Positions 1-13,984 of a stretch of 43,480 bases of DNA are shown here, one piece after another. Source of the stretch: Solirubrobacteraceae bacterium (GTDB lineage Bacteria; Actinomycetota; Thermoleophilia; Solirubrobacterales; Solirubrobacteraceae); NCBI GenBank assembly GCA_036803745.1, contig DAIRTT010000002.1:1-43480 (forward strand), written 5' to 3'. The notes under the pieces were generated by a model that did no database searches, was not told the DNA's origin, and saw only the letters and a program-made list of their open reading frames with translations. Positions within the stretch are counted from its first letter, which is position 1; the number at the start of each line of letters is the position of its first letter. A program made the translations under genes and the position numbers.

Positions 1-283
1 AGATGTCGAGATTTCGTGACCTCCACTAACGAACATGTCGCATCATAAACACAAGGCTTACCTAAAGCAAGAGCTCGCTGAAAGCGTGCATCGGATCGCG
101 GGTTGCAGGCGCCGTGGGACGTCTCGAATCCTGGCGGGAAACCGAATGCCGTCGGCGATAAACGGCTTCGTGGGAGTTGCCGACGGGTCCGCCGGATTGC
201 TCTATGGTGTCCGACCTCGCGGGCCGTCGGGAGGGGAGCCAGCGCCGCGGCTACCCAACCCCCGGGCGACCTTTGCAAGCCAA

Positions 284-1204
284 ATGCACGTCGATCCCTA
301 CATAGTCCTGGGCAGCGCCATCGTCGGCTTCTTCGTCGGCATGACCGGCGCCGGTGGCGGCGCGCTGATGACGCCGATGCTGATCCTGCTGTTCGGCGTC
401 AAACCGTCAACCGCCATCTCCAGCGACCTCGTCGCGGCGGTGTTGATGCGCCCGATGGGCGCGGCCGTACATCTGCGCAAAGGCACGGTCAACAAGCCCC
501 TGGTCGGCTGGATGGTCCTCGGCTCCGTGCCGATGGCCTTCCTCGGCGCCTACCTGCTGCACCTGATGGGAAACTCCAAGTCGGCGCAGAGCAACATCCA
601 GACCGCCCTCGGCATCGCATTGCTGCTCGGCGCCAGCGCGATGGTCGTGCGCTACATCCTCGACCGCCGCTCGGGCGAGGAGCGCACTGGCGTCGTCCAC
701 GAGCTCGTGCCCCATCCGTTCCGCACCGTCGGGATCGGCGTGGTCGGCGGCGTGATCGTGGGGATGACCTCGGTCGGCTCGGGTTCGCTCATGATCATCC
801 TGCTGCTCTTCCTCTACCCGAGGATCGGGGCCAAGCAGCTCGTCGGGACCGACCTCACCCAGGCGGTGCCGCTGACCGCCGCGGCGGCGCTCGGGGCGAT
901 CGCCTTCGGGCACGTCGAATTCGGCGTGACGACCTCGCTGATCCTCGGCAGCGTGCCCGCGGTCCTCGTCGGGTCGTTTTTCTCATCGAGCGCCCCGGAC
1001 CGCTACATCAGACCGGTCATCACGTTCGTGGTGGCAGCGTCGGGCCTGAAGTACGTGGGAGTCGGCGCGACGACTCTCGGATGGATCCTATGCGCGACGC
1101 TGCTCGCCCTGGCGTCGTGGTGGCTCGTGCGCAAGAAGCCGTGGCGCGGCCCGGTGACGCGGTCGCTGCCGACCGACGTCACGCCTCAACCCGATCTCGA
1201 GTAG
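284..1204 (+). CDS. Sulfite exporter TauE/SafE (TSUP) family membrane protein
   Basis: GFFVGMTGAGGGALMTP N-terminal motif, internally repeated as GMTSVGSGS...VGTDL; about 8 hydrophobic segments. ATG at 284 is preferred over the ORF-track start at 35. Confidence 0.85.
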   Translation: MHVDPYIVLGSAIVGFFVGMTGAGGGALMTPMLILLFGVKPSTAISSDLVAAVLMRPMGAAVHLRKGTVNKPLVGWMVLGSVPMAFLGAYLLHLMGNSKSAQSNIQTALGIALLLGASAMVVRYILDRRSGEERTGVVHELVPHPFRTVGIGVVGGVIVGMTSVGSGSLMIILLLFLYPRIGAKQLVGTDLTQAVPLTAAAALGAIAFGHVEFGVTTSLILGSVPAVLVGSFFSSSAPDRYIRPVITFVVAASGLKYVGVGATTLGWILCATLLALASWWLVRKKPWRGPVTRSLPTDVTPQPDLE

Positions 1205-1228
1205 CCGCGCCCGCGGGCTTCGCGGCTA
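1202..1228 (+). terminator. Possible terminator hairpin after the TauE gene
   Basis: Inverted repeat tagccgcg (1202-1209) / cgcggcta (1221-1228) overlapping the stop codon; no U-tract. Confidence 0.3.
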
Positions 1229-1380
1229 GCGTCACGACGGCCGCTGGGCCTGGACGCCCGGCGAGGACTTGTGTCCAGTCGCATCGACCGGCGCTCAAGT
1301 CGCGCCTCTCCCCCACCGATGAGCACACCAGGACCCGGGTATCTCCTCGATCCGAGCTCGGGCCCCACGACACCGACCTC

Positions 1381-1632
1381 ATGCTCTTCGTCCTCATTCC
1401 TACCGCCTGGCTGACGATCATCTCGCTCGTCGTAGTGGCCTGCCGGATGGCCGCCCGCGGCGATGCGGCGATGGCCGCAGCGGGGGCCCCGGTTCGCGAG
1501 CGCGTCGTCCTGCACCAGCGGGCTCGCTGGCAGGACGCACCGCTGCACGCCGGCGCCTCGCGGCTCTCCGCCGCCACCACGCGCGCTCCCCGCACCCGCG
1601 TTCGCGGGCGCAGCTGCGCCGCCGGCTCCTAG
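1381..1632 (+). CDS. Small hypothetical single-pass membrane protein (83 aa)
   Basis: ATG at 1381; hydrophobic helix MLFVLIPTAWLTIISLVVVAC followed by RMAARGD and an Arg-rich tail. Confidence 0.55.
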   Translation: MLFVLIPTAWLTIISLVVVACRMAARGDAAMAAAGAPVRERVVLHQRARWQDAPLHAGASRLSAATTRAPRTRVRGRSCAAGS

Positions 1633-1735
1633 GCGACCCCGGACGACGTTCGGGCCGCCCCATCCCTGGAGCGACCCGAACGCTTGAGCCCTGCTTCCCT
1701 CTTGCGTGTCGCGAGGCGACACGCGGTCCGGCGAG

Positions 1736-3115
1736 CTAGAACGCGATCAGGGCCGCGCCTTTCTGCGCCTCTTTGAGGACCGTGCCGGTGAGCGGCTCGT
1801 AGTCGTGGTTTTTGATCAGGCTCTGGCCACCGTTGACTTTGTTGCCTTCTTTTTCTTTGATGGTGTCGAGCGCGTACTGCAGGTAGTTGTTCGTGGTCGT
1901 GGCCTCTTCGAGGCTCGTGCCTTCGAACGCGCTGTACTTCCCGAACGCGAGGTCGAACGTCAGCCCGCAGATCGGGTAGTGCGGCTCTTCGGTCTTGGTC
2001 GTGACTTCACTCCAGCTTTCCTGCGCGTTGGCCGGCGGGAAGGCGACTTCGCCGTTGGTGTATTCGGTTTTGGCGCAGTTGGCTTCGCGGAGCAGAGCCA
2101 CCTCTTTGTTGCTCGACGGGTCCGCGTAGGTCACGGTGCCCGTTTTGTTCTGGATCGGGACCCAGAACGTCGCCTTGTTCGGGCCGCCCGTGGGCGGGAC
2201 GAACGCAGCGTTGGCACGGGTGTCCGCGAGGTTCGCGTACGCGATCGAGCCGGCCGTTTCGGCCACCTTCGCCACGACGGGGCCGTTTCCGGTTTTTTCC
2301 GGACGAACTACTGCGTCGGCGGTCGGCCACGTCTGGTTTTCGACACCTTCGGCCGTTTCATCCCAGGTTTTGTTGCCGACGGATTCGCCTTTGACGTTCG
2401 TCGCGGGCCACGAGGTCGATTTGTTGATCAGGCCGAGGTACTTCTTGTACACGTGCGTCGTACCCGAGCCGTCGAGACGCACCACGTGGGTGAAGCCGGT
2501 TTCGGCGTTGCAGCCGGTGCCGCTGAGTTTGTCACCGCCGTCGGTGATTTCACTCCATTTCGTGATCGTGCCACGCCAGATACCCTCGAGCGTCGAGTTG
2601 TTCAGCACGAGGCGGCCTTTGTTGGACGTGCTCGTGGCGACGCAGTTGGCCGGCAGATGCACGATCACGGCGACCGCTGCCTGAAGCACCGGAATCGTGA
2701 GGAGCGCTTTCGGCGTCAGCGTCGTCTCGTTTTCTTCGATTTCGGCTTTGGCCTTCGGGTTCGGTGCTTCGTCGGTGCCGACGAACGAGTTCGTCGCGCC
2801 GAATTTGTGTTCGACTTTGCCGACGCCCCAGGACTTCAGCCCGGCGCCGCTGCCGGTCGAGTTGTAGGCGACCGTCGGAGTTCCTTTGGTCCCCTGCGTG
2901 CCGTTGCAGGCGTGTTTCTCGGCCGAGGTGTTGAAGTTCGGGATCCATAGTTCCTGCGCGAGCTTCTGCAGCGACGAGCCCTGCCCGCCGATATTCGAGC
3001 CCGAGCACTGCGTGCCGATCGTGGCGTTCGCGGCACCCGGTGCGACGAGCGCGGCGACGCCGGCTGCGGCGATGATGCACGACGGCACGAGCCGGCGCGC
3101 GGAGAAATGCGACAT
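1736..3115 (-). CDS. Secreted PstS-like phosphate-binding protein (459 aa, non-lipoprotein, orphan)
   Basis: AGGAGG RBS upstream of ATG 3115; signal peptide ending AANA; PstS motifs GQGSSLQ, STGSGAG, FVGTD, VRLDGSGTT, GSIAYA, YPICGLTF. Confidence 0.8.
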   Translation of the reverse strand: MSHFSARRLVPSCIIAAAGVAALVAPGAANATIGTQCSGSNIGGQGSSLQKLAQELWIPNFNTSAEKHACNGTQGTKGTPTVAYNSTGSGAGLKSWGVGKVEHKFGATNSFVGTDEAPNPKAKAEIEENETTLTPKALLTIPVLQAAVAVIVHLPANCVATSTSNKGRLVLNNSTLEGIWRGTITKWSEITDGGDKLSGTGCNAETGFTHVVRLDGSGTTHVYKKYLGLINKSTSWPATNVKGESVGNKTWDETAEGVENQTWPTADAVVRPEKTGNGPVVAKVAETAGSIAYANLADTRANAAFVPPTGGPNKATFWVPIQNKTGTVTYADPSSNKEVALLREANCAKTEYTNGEVAFPPANAQESWSEVTTKTEEPHYPICGLTFDLAFGKYSAFEGTSLEEATTTNNYLQYALDTIKEKEGNKVNGGQSLIKNHDYEPLTGTVLKEAQKGAALIAF

Positions 3116-3242
3116 TGCTTGCGTACCTCCTGGTTGACAGCGTTCCATTGCTGTGTTCGGGAGGGCTTGCCCCCCGCAGAGGAATTTGCCACCCACTTCG
3201 CCCGGGGTGGTTATCAACCAGGTTCTTTACATTTCGGCCGGC

Positions 3243-3269
3243 GAAACATTGCATTCACGTGACGTTCAC
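3243..3269. promoter_or_regulatory. Putative PHO-box-like 11-bp-period site upstream of the PstS-like gene
   Basis: GAAAC (3243), TTCAC (3254), TTCAC (3265), exactly 11 bp apart. Confidence 0.55.
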
Positions 3270-3288
3270 AGCCGTTCGGCTCTGGCTT

Positions 3289-4590
3289 CTATGACATGGG
3301 GGCGGGCGATTCGCGGCGCTCGCGCGTCTCACCCGACGCGCTCGCAGCCGGCACTCGGTCGCTCGGAAGCATGAGCGACAGGGCCGCCGTGGCGAGGACG
3401 AATCCTGCGGCCGTCCAGAGGCAGGCCGTGAGACCCTGCCATTCATAGATCAGTCCCGAGAGCACGGTTCCCGCAAGCCTGCCGCCGGCGTTCGCCATGT
3501 AGTAGAAACCGACGTTCATGGCGACCTTGTCGTTGTCGGCGTAGGCCAGGATCAGGTACGAGTGGACCGCCGAGTTCATGGCGAAGGCCACGCCGAAGGG
3601 GAGCAGTCCCCCCACGATCGCGAGGGTCGGGTCGACCTGTGCGTCGAGCGCAGTAGCGATGGCGGCCGGGCAGACGGCGAGGCCGAGCGCGAGCCAGACC
3701 GCCGTTCTGCCGTCGGGCTCGCCACCGGCATCGGCGCCGCGGCGACGGACGAAGCGCGGGGCTGCCGCCTGCACGGCGCCGTAGCCGATCACCCAGACCG
3801 CGAGCAGCGTCCCCACCTGCCAGAAGGTCCATCCGAGTACGGCGTAGAGATAGAAGGGGAGCGCGACGACAAACCAGACATCGCGGGCGGCGAACAGGAA
3901 CACCCTCGCGGCGGCGAGAACATTCACGGAGCGGTTGTTGGAGAACATCTGCGTGAACTTCGCCGTGCTGTCGGGGCGGCCGAGGTGCCCGCGGATCATG
4001 GTCGAGCTGAGGACGAGGGCGAGGAGCACCAGCGCAGCCAGGGTCAGGAGCGCGGTCTGGAAGCCGAACAGCGTCAACAGCAGCCCGCCGAGGAAGAACC
4101 CGACCCCCTTGAGCGCGTTCTTTGAGCCGGTCAGGACCGCGACCCAGCGATACAGCGACCCCTGGTCGTTGTCGCCGACGACGAGCTTGACGGCGCTCTT
4201 GGAGCTCATCTTGTTGAGGTCCTTGGCGACGCCGGAGAGCGCCTGGGAGGCCATCACGTACGGGACGACCAGCAGCGAGGCGGGCGCCAGTCCGAGCATC
4301 GCGAGTGCCACGACCTGAATCGCCAGGCCCATGAACAGCGTGATCTTCAATCCGAGCCGCGCCGCCAGCCAGCCGCCGATGAGATTGGTCGCGACCCCCG
4401 CGACCTCGTAGAGCACGAACAGCGAGGCGACCTGCAGCGGCGTGTAGCCGAGCCGGTCGAAGTAGAACAGGACGAGGGTGCGCGTCGCGCCATCGACGAG
4501 CGTGTCGGTCCAGTAGCCGCCTGTGACGAGCAGGTAGTTGCGCAGATCCTCGTGACGCTGCGCTGAAGCGTCTGCTGTGGCGCCGGCCAC
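3289..4590 (-). CDS. arsJ: Organoarsenical efflux MFS transporter ArsJ
   Basis: YLLVTGGYWTDTLVDGATRTLVL, QALSGVAKDLNKMSSKSAVK, LTGSKNALKGVGFF, VGFYYMANAGGRL; directly downstream of a GAPDH gene. Start is GTG 4590 or 4602. Confidence 0.9.
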   Translation of the reverse strand: MAGATADASAQRHEDLRNYLLVTGGYWTDTLVDGATRTLVLFYFDRLGYTPLQVASLFVLYEVAGVATNLIGGWLAARLGLKITLFMGLAIQVVALAMLGLAPASLLVVPYVMASQALSGVAKDLNKMSSKSAVKLVVGDNDQGSLYRWVAVLTGSKNALKGVGFFLGGLLLTLFGFQTALLTLAALVLLALVLSSTMIRGHLGRPDSTAKFTQMFSNNRSVNVLAAARVFLFAARDVWFVVALPFYLYAVLGWTFWQVGTLLAVWVIGYGAVQAAAPRFVRRRGADAGGEPDGRTAVWLALGLAVCPAAIATALDAQVDPTLAIVGGLLPFGVAFAMNSAVHSYLILAYADNDKVAMNVGFYYMANAGGRLAGTVLSGLIYEWQGLTACLWTAAGFVLATAALSLMLPSDRVPAASASGETRERRESPAPMS

Positions 4591-4594
4591 GCCC

Positions 4595-5647
4595 CTAGCC
4601 ACCGGCCCCGTCGAGTTTGGTCGCGGTGCTCGGAGCCGGAGGCAGGCTCCTCGCAACGATCCGCGCGAGCTCGACAAGACGGTTGGCGTAGCCCCACTCG
4701 TTGTCGTACCAGGCGAGAATCTTGACCTGCGTGTCGTCGGTGACCGTCGTCGACGGCGCGTCGATGATCGCCGAGCGAGGGTCGTCCTTGAAGTCGACGG
4801 ATACGAGAGGGCGCTCCTCGTATCCGAGGATGCCCGCCAGTCGATCGGCTGCGGCTGAACGGAGAAGCCCGTTGACCTCCTCCACGGTGGTCGAGCGCTC
4901 GACCTCGAAGACACAATCGGTGAGAGATGAGTTGAGCAGCGGCACGCGCACCGCGAGCCCGTCGAGCTTTCCCTCCAACTCGGGAAAGATGAGACCGATG
5001 GCGCTCGCGGACCCGGTGGTCGTGGGGATCAGGGAGATGCTCGCCGCCCGCGCGCGCCGCAGGTCCTTGTGCGGCGCGTCGATCAGCGTCTGGGTGTTCG
5101 TCATGTCGTGCAAGGTCGTTATCTGCCCGTGGCGGATGCCGATCCCCTCATGGATCACCTTGACGACGGGCGCGAGGCAGTTCGTCGTGCACGAGGCGGC
5201 CGTGAGCAGGTGATCGCGGGCTGGATCGTAGAGGGAGTCGTTGACGCCGATCACGACGTTGAGCGCGCCCTCCTTGACCGGCGCCGCGACGATCACCTTG
5301 CGAACACCCTGCTCGAAGTAGGGGGCGAGAGACTGTGCTGTGCGGAACCTGCCGGTGCACTCGAGCACGATGTCTATGCCCATCTCCCCCCACGGGAGGT
5401 CTCCGGGGTCCGCCGCGCCGGTGTAGCCCATCGCAGTGTCACCGACCATCAGGCACCCGTCCTCGCCCCGGACCTCGTGCGGCCAGCGTCCGTGGATCGA
5501 GTCGAAGGTGAGCAGATGCGCGGCGGTCGCGGCGTCGCCGGCGAGCTCGTTGACGTTCGCGAATGCAAGCTCCGGCCAGCCCCACGCCGCCCTCAGCGCC
5601 ATGCGTCCCATGCGACCGAAGCCGTTGACCGCGACCCGCGTGCTCAT
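4595..5647 (-). CDS. gap: ArsJ-associated glyceraldehyde-3-phosphate dehydrogenase
   Basis: [11 protein letters not shown], catalytic [19 protein letters not shown]; the HDMTNTQ variant and arsJ adjacency indicate the arsenate-resistance subfamily. Confidence 0.93.
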   Translation of the reverse strand: MSTRVAVNGFGRMGRMALRAAWGWPELAFANVNELAGDAATAAHLLTFDSIHGRWPHEVRGEDGCLMVGDTAMGYTGAADPGDLPWGEMGIDIVLECTGRFRTAQSLAPYFEQGVRKVIVAAPVKEGALNVVIGVNDSLYDPARDHLLTAASCTTNCLAPVVKVIHEGIGIRHGQITTLHDMTNTQTLIDAPHKDLRRARAASISLIPTTTGSASAIGLIFPELEGKLDGLAVRVPLLNSSLTDCVFEVERSTTVEEVNGLLRSAAADRLAGILGYEERPLVSVDFKDDPRSAIIDAPSTTVTDDTQVKILAWYDNEWGYANRLVELARIVARSLPPAPSTATKLDGAGG

Positions 5648-5679
5648 GCCGTCAGACCCATTTCGCGCATCGTATTAGA

Positions 5680-5717
5680 TTGACGAACGTCAGTGTTATT
5701 GATATACGTATATCGAT
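5680..5717. promoter_or_regulatory. Divergent ars promoter with putative ArsR operators
   Basis: TTGACG (5680-5685); inverted repeat TGACGaaCGTCA (5681-5692); perfect 14-bp palindrome GATATACGTATATC (5701-5714) just before the arsR ATG, in an AT-rich 68-bp gap. Confidence 0.65.
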
Positions 5718-6069
5718 GAGCGTCGATCTGGAGCTGGCCCCGAAGCAGAAGCGAGCAGCGGGAGAGCGCTGCTGCGAGCCCATCGTCTACCCAGACGTTG
5801 CGCGGGACCACGCGCTGCGAATGGCCGATGTGGCGAAGGCGCTCGGCGACCCCATACGCCTGCAGCTGGTCGACGTCCTGAGCAAACACGCGGGCAAGGT
5901 CTGCGTGTGCGAGCTCGTCCCCCTCTTCGACATCTCACAGCCGACCCTTTCGCACCATCTCAAGAAGCTCCGAGACGCGGGCATCGTGGACTCCGAGCGC
6001 CGCGGCCTGTGGGCCTACTACTACGTCATCCCCGACGCACTGAAGGAGCTGTCCGCATGGCTGACATGA
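5716..6069 (+). CDS. arsR: ArsR/SmtB family arsenic-responsive repressor
   Basis: KALGDPIRLQL, VCVCEL, ISQPTLSHHLKKLRDAG, ERRGLWAYY; N-terminal CC pair. Confidence 0.92.
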   Translation: MSVDLELAPKQKRAAGERCCEPIVYPDVARDHALRMADVAKALGDPIRLQLVDVLSKHAGKVCVCELVPLFDISQPTLSHHLKKLRDAGIVDSERRGLWAYYYVIPDALKELSAWLT

Positions 6070-6947
6070 CCACCGCTGTGAGAAGCGCCGACGCGTGTTG
6101 CACCACTGATCAGCAGTCCACGTGCTGCGAGCCTCCTGCCAAGGAGGACTGCTGCGGCCAAGGCGAGCAGTGCGCGTGCGATGCAGGCGGCGATGTACCC
6201 GCCGGCGATGTCCGTGAGCGGGTACGGGCTCGCTACGCCGCCGCCGCGACCCAGGTCCGAGCGACGGACCCCGGCGCCGGCTGCTGCGCACCCAGCGAGA
6301 CCTTCGACGGCGGCACCCAGGTCTTCGGTGCGGCGCTCTATGCGCTCGCTGACCACGACCAGCTGCCCGACACCGCGACGCTCGCCTCGCTCGGCTGCGG
6401 GAACCCCACCGCCGTCGCTGAGCTGCAGGAGGGCGAGACAGTCCTCGACCTCGGTTCCGGTGGAGGAATCGACGTGCTGCTGTCCGCCAGGCGGGTAGGC
6501 CCGACGGGCATGGCACATGGGCTCGACATGACCGAGGAGATGCTCACGCTCGCCCGAGAGAATGCGATCAAGGCCGGGGTCGAGAACGTCGAGTTCCACA
6601 AGGGCTACATCGAGGCGATCCCGCTCCCTGACGAGAGCATCGACGTCGTGATCTCGAACTGCGTCATCAACCTCTCCGGGGACAAGCGCCGGGTTCTCCT
6701 CGAGGTCGCGCGGGTCCTACGACCCGGCGGGCGCTTCGCGGTGTCCGATGTCATCGCCGACGAGGGCATGGACGACGCCACCCGCGCCGACATGCAGGCG
6801 TACACCGGCTGCATCGCGGGGGCCCTGACCCGCGACCAGTTCACGGAGGCGCTCGCGGACGCGGGCCTCCTCGACGTCGAGATCCAGGAGACCCATCGCG
6901 TCCACCCGCAGGCCGCCTCGGCGATCGTGCGCGCACGAAAGCCGTAG
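6066..6947 (+). CDS. arsM: Arsenite S-adenosylmethionine methyltransferase
   Basis: [35 protein letters not shown]; Cys-pair-rich N-terminus; ATGA overlap with the arsR stop. Confidence 0.9.
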   Translation: MTTAVRSADACCTTDQQSTCCEPPAKEDCCGQGEQCACDAGGDVPAGDVRERVRARYAAAATQVRATDPGAGCCAPSETFDGGTQVFGAALYALADHDQLPDTATLASLGCGNPTAVAELQEGETVLDLGSGGGIDVLLSARRVGPTGMAHGLDMTEEMLTLARENAIKAGVENVEFHKGYIEAIPLPDESIDVVISNCVINLSGDKRRVLLEVARVLRPGGRFAVSDVIADEGMDDATRADMQAYTGCIAGALTRDQFTEALADAGLLDVEIQETHRVHPQAASAIVRARKP

Positions 6948-7002
6948 GGCCGGAGCCTCGCTCCCGCCACCGCACCCGAGAAACGATCTAGATGCGGTTC
7001 GC

Positions 7003-9255
7003 CTAGTGGCCCCTCTTGGTCTTCGCCGGGCGCAACGTCACCGTGAAGGCCATCGTGTGACTCGCGTTCTGCGAGTCGCGGGCGAGGATCGTCACCTTCG
7101 CCTTGAGCGTGTGACTGCGGGCGAGCAGCGCCTTGGCCTTGGACGACAGGTGCAGGGCGACGGTCTTGACCTGCCCGCCCGACAGGCTGAAGGACCCCGA
7201 CGCGAGCGTGAGGATCGACTTCTTCTTCGCCGCGCTGACCGCGCCGAGCGTTCGCAACGTGACGGTGCCGACGCAGATGCTCTGTCCGGCGCAATCGACC
7301 TTGAGGCCGAATGACCCGGACTTGGTCACGAGCAGAGACGTCCCGAGGAGGCTCGCGCGGAAGGCGAGGACGCCTCCGCTGGGCGGGGGCGGGGGCGGGG
7401 TCGTGGTGGACGTGGATCTGATCGCGGGGGGGGCTTCCTCTTTGGCCGGCGGTTTTGATTCTTCCTTGGCCGCCACGAAGACCGTCTGCGTCGCCCCTGC
7501 GCTCACGCGTTTGAGCGCGTCTTCGACGATCAATTTGACCGTGTATTCCCCGGCGGCCGCGTAGGTGTGGGAGATCGTCGGTTCGGACGTCACGACCGGC
7601 GTGCTGCCGTCGCCGAAGTCCCATTTGTATGACGTGACCGCCGATTTTTCTGAGCCGGTCGAGGCTTTGGCGTTGAATTCGCTCGGCTGGCCGACCGTGA
7701 CGTTTTCGGTCGTGAATTTGGCGATCGGCACGCTCGACTTGACGACAATGGTCTTTTCCTGCACAAGTTCTGGGTTGTTGAGGTTGTCGGTCTGGATCGT
7801 CTCCTTGACTTTGAATTCGCCTTCGGTCGCGAACGTGTGGCCGGCTTCCGGCGTCTGGTGCTTGTTGCCGGTTTCGAGTTCCGCGCCGTCGCCGAACGTC
7901 CACTTGACACTCAGCGCGTTCGCCTCCGTGACGGTGGACACGAACTTGACTTCGGTTCCCGGCTTGACGCTTTCAACGGGCGCACCGAGGACCGTCGCTG
8001 CGATCGCGCTCGATTTGGCGACCGGGCATCCGGTGCCGCCGGGGCCGAAGGAGATCACGCTTGGCGCTTCGGGGTTCGAGTCGAACATGAACACGCGCTG
8101 TTCGCCGCCGGCCGCGACCGTCGGATGTCCGAGGAAGCTGACCGTGCAGTGGCCGAGGCCGAGCTGAGTGCTCTGGCCCCCGGTCCAGCCGAGCTCGACG
8201 CCCGCGCCGCTGAAGGCGAGCGCTCCAGGGTTGGGGACGATTTTGCCGTTGCTTTCCTGGTGGACCTTGGCGTAGACGTAGATCGTGCCGTCGGGGGCGA
8301 TCGACATGCCGCCACCCTGCAGCGGCTTCGGTTCGCCGGGGAACGTGACGAGTTCGTTCGGGCCGGAGTCGAACGCGACGAGCGGTGTTGGTTTCGTCGC
8401 GGAGGAGAAGCTCGCCGGGATTTCGTCGATCTGTTCCGGGTGTTCTGCGCCTTCGACTTCGCCGAGGACATAGACCTTGCCCTCTTTGCTGACCGCCGGC
8501 GAGCTCGCTTCTTCGGATGCGAAGAAGGCTTCCGTAGCGTTGTCCGACCAGCGCGCGCCGAGGACACCATTGGAGCTGACGCGCTCGAGCGCGACGCGCG
8601 TGGCCGGTTCCTTGCCTTCGCCCTCGTCTTCGTTGCCCATCAGGATGATGTCGTGCGTGGTCGGGTCGACCGTGATCCCGCTCGGTTCGAGCAGCGCCTG
8701 GCCGAGTTCTTTGGACTGGGCGTGCAGGACCGCGGCGCTCGCGAGCAGACCTTCTTTGGTGCCGGTGGCGGGTTCGAGTTTGCCTTCTTTGGGCGTTGTC
8801 GAGAATGCGTAGATGGCGCCCGCGGCGAGCGTTTCGGGATCGACGATCGCGTGTTCTTCGTCCCCGCGGGACTGCACGGCGAGGACGTAGATTCGGCCTT
8901 CGACGGGATCGACCGCGATGCCCTCCAGGCCGCTTTCCGGTTCGGGCCCGGCGCCTTTGACTTTCAACGACACAGCGGCCTCATATTCGCCGGTGTAGCT
9001 CAGCTTCTGGATCCGGAAGACGTGTTCTTCGGGCTCGTCGGCGACGTAGAGGCTTTTGTCGGTCGGGTCCGCGCCGAAAGCGACGGCCTGCGGTCCGTGC
9101 TCGGTGAACTGGACGTGGCCGGTTCCTTTGGAGCCGAAGTGCGTGAGTTCGCCGTATCCGACGGCCCCGGCGGACGGGGCACCTGCGAGAAGCGTGGTGG
9201 CGAAAATCGCCAGAGCTGCCGTCCTGCACCGTCGAAGACCGCGGATCGTGAACAT
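7003..9255 (-). CDS. Secreted PKD-domain protein (propeller-like N-terminus, two PKD domains, Pro linker, basic C-terminal domain)
   Basis: Signal peptide; NHL-like GIAVDP/GITVDP repeats; PKD motifs WTFGDG...HTF and WDFGDG...HTYAAAGEYTVKL; PPPPPP linker. Confidence 0.8.
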   Translation of the reverse strand: MFTIRGLRRCRTAALAIFATTLLAGAPSAGAVGYGELTHFGSKGTGHVQFTEHGPQAVAFGADPTDKSLYVADEPEEHVFRIQKLSYTGEYEAAVSLKVKGAGPEPESGLEGIAVDPVEGRIYVLAVQSRGDEEHAIVDPETLAAGAIYAFSTTPKEGKLEPATGTKEGLLASAAVLHAQSKELGQALLEPSGITVDPTTHDIILMGNEDEGEGKEPATRVALERVSSNGVLGARWSDNATEAFFASEEASSPAVSKEGKVYVLGEVEGAEHPEQIDEIPASFSSATKPTPLVAFDSGPNELVTFPGEPKPLQGGGMSIAPDGTIYVYAKVHQESNGKIVPNPGALAFSGAGVELGWTGGQSTQLGLGHCTVSFLGHPTVAAGGEQRVFMFDSNPEAPSVISFGPGGTGCPVAKSSAIAATVLGAPVESVKPGTEVKFVSTVTEANALSVKWTFGDGAELETGNKHQTPEAGHTFATEGEFKVKETIQTDNLNNPELVQEKTIVVKSSVPIAKFTTENVTVGQPSEFNAKASTGSEKSAVTSYKWDFGDGSTPVVTSEPTISHTYAAAGEYTVKLIVEDALKRVSAGATQTVFVAAKEESKPPAKEEAPPAIRSTSTTTPPPPPPSGGVLAFRASLLGTSLLVTKSGSFGLKVDCAGQSICVGTVTLRTLGAVSAAKKKSILTLASGSFSLSGGQVKTVALHLSSKAKALLARSHTLKAKVTILARDSQNASHTMAFTVTLRPAKTKRGH

Positions 9256-9386
9256 CGTGTCCTATCTGTCGCTCTTGTCTGGGGATCGGAGCCGCAAGAC
9301 ATCCGTGGCGGCTACTCACATGCGCTGCACGAACTGCTCGCCCGTGCGGCGCCGTTCACAGCATCCCCAGAGCGGCCCACGCGGTC

Positions 9387-9413
9387 GTTGCGAATCGGTG
9401 AAGCAGGTGTGAA
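9387..9413 (-). promoter_or_regulatory. Putative PHO-box-like site upstream of the PKD gene
   Basis: On the minus strand TTCAC (9413-9409), TTCAC (9402-9398), GCAAC (9391-9387); 11-bp period, co-oriented with the gene. Confidence 0.6.
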
Positions 9414-9427
9414 GAACCGGTGTCTTC

Positions 9428-13980
<4,553 letters not shown>

Positions 13981-13984
<4 letters not shown>

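Noticed and set aside
6978..6988. 11-mer GAGAAACGATC shared with 23258-23268 as a possible island boundary repeat
   Set aside because: Only 11 bp and no recombinase; a chance match is plausible, though comparative genomics could revisit it.
3270..7002. ars cassette as a defined mobile element
   Set aside because: No transposase, integrase, tRNA, terminal inverted repeats or target duplication found by eye.
7426..7433. G8 homopolymer in the PKD gene linker as a phase-variation switch
   Set aside because: Short run in Pro/Ala codons of a GC-rich genome; the frame is intact and there is no evidence of variability.
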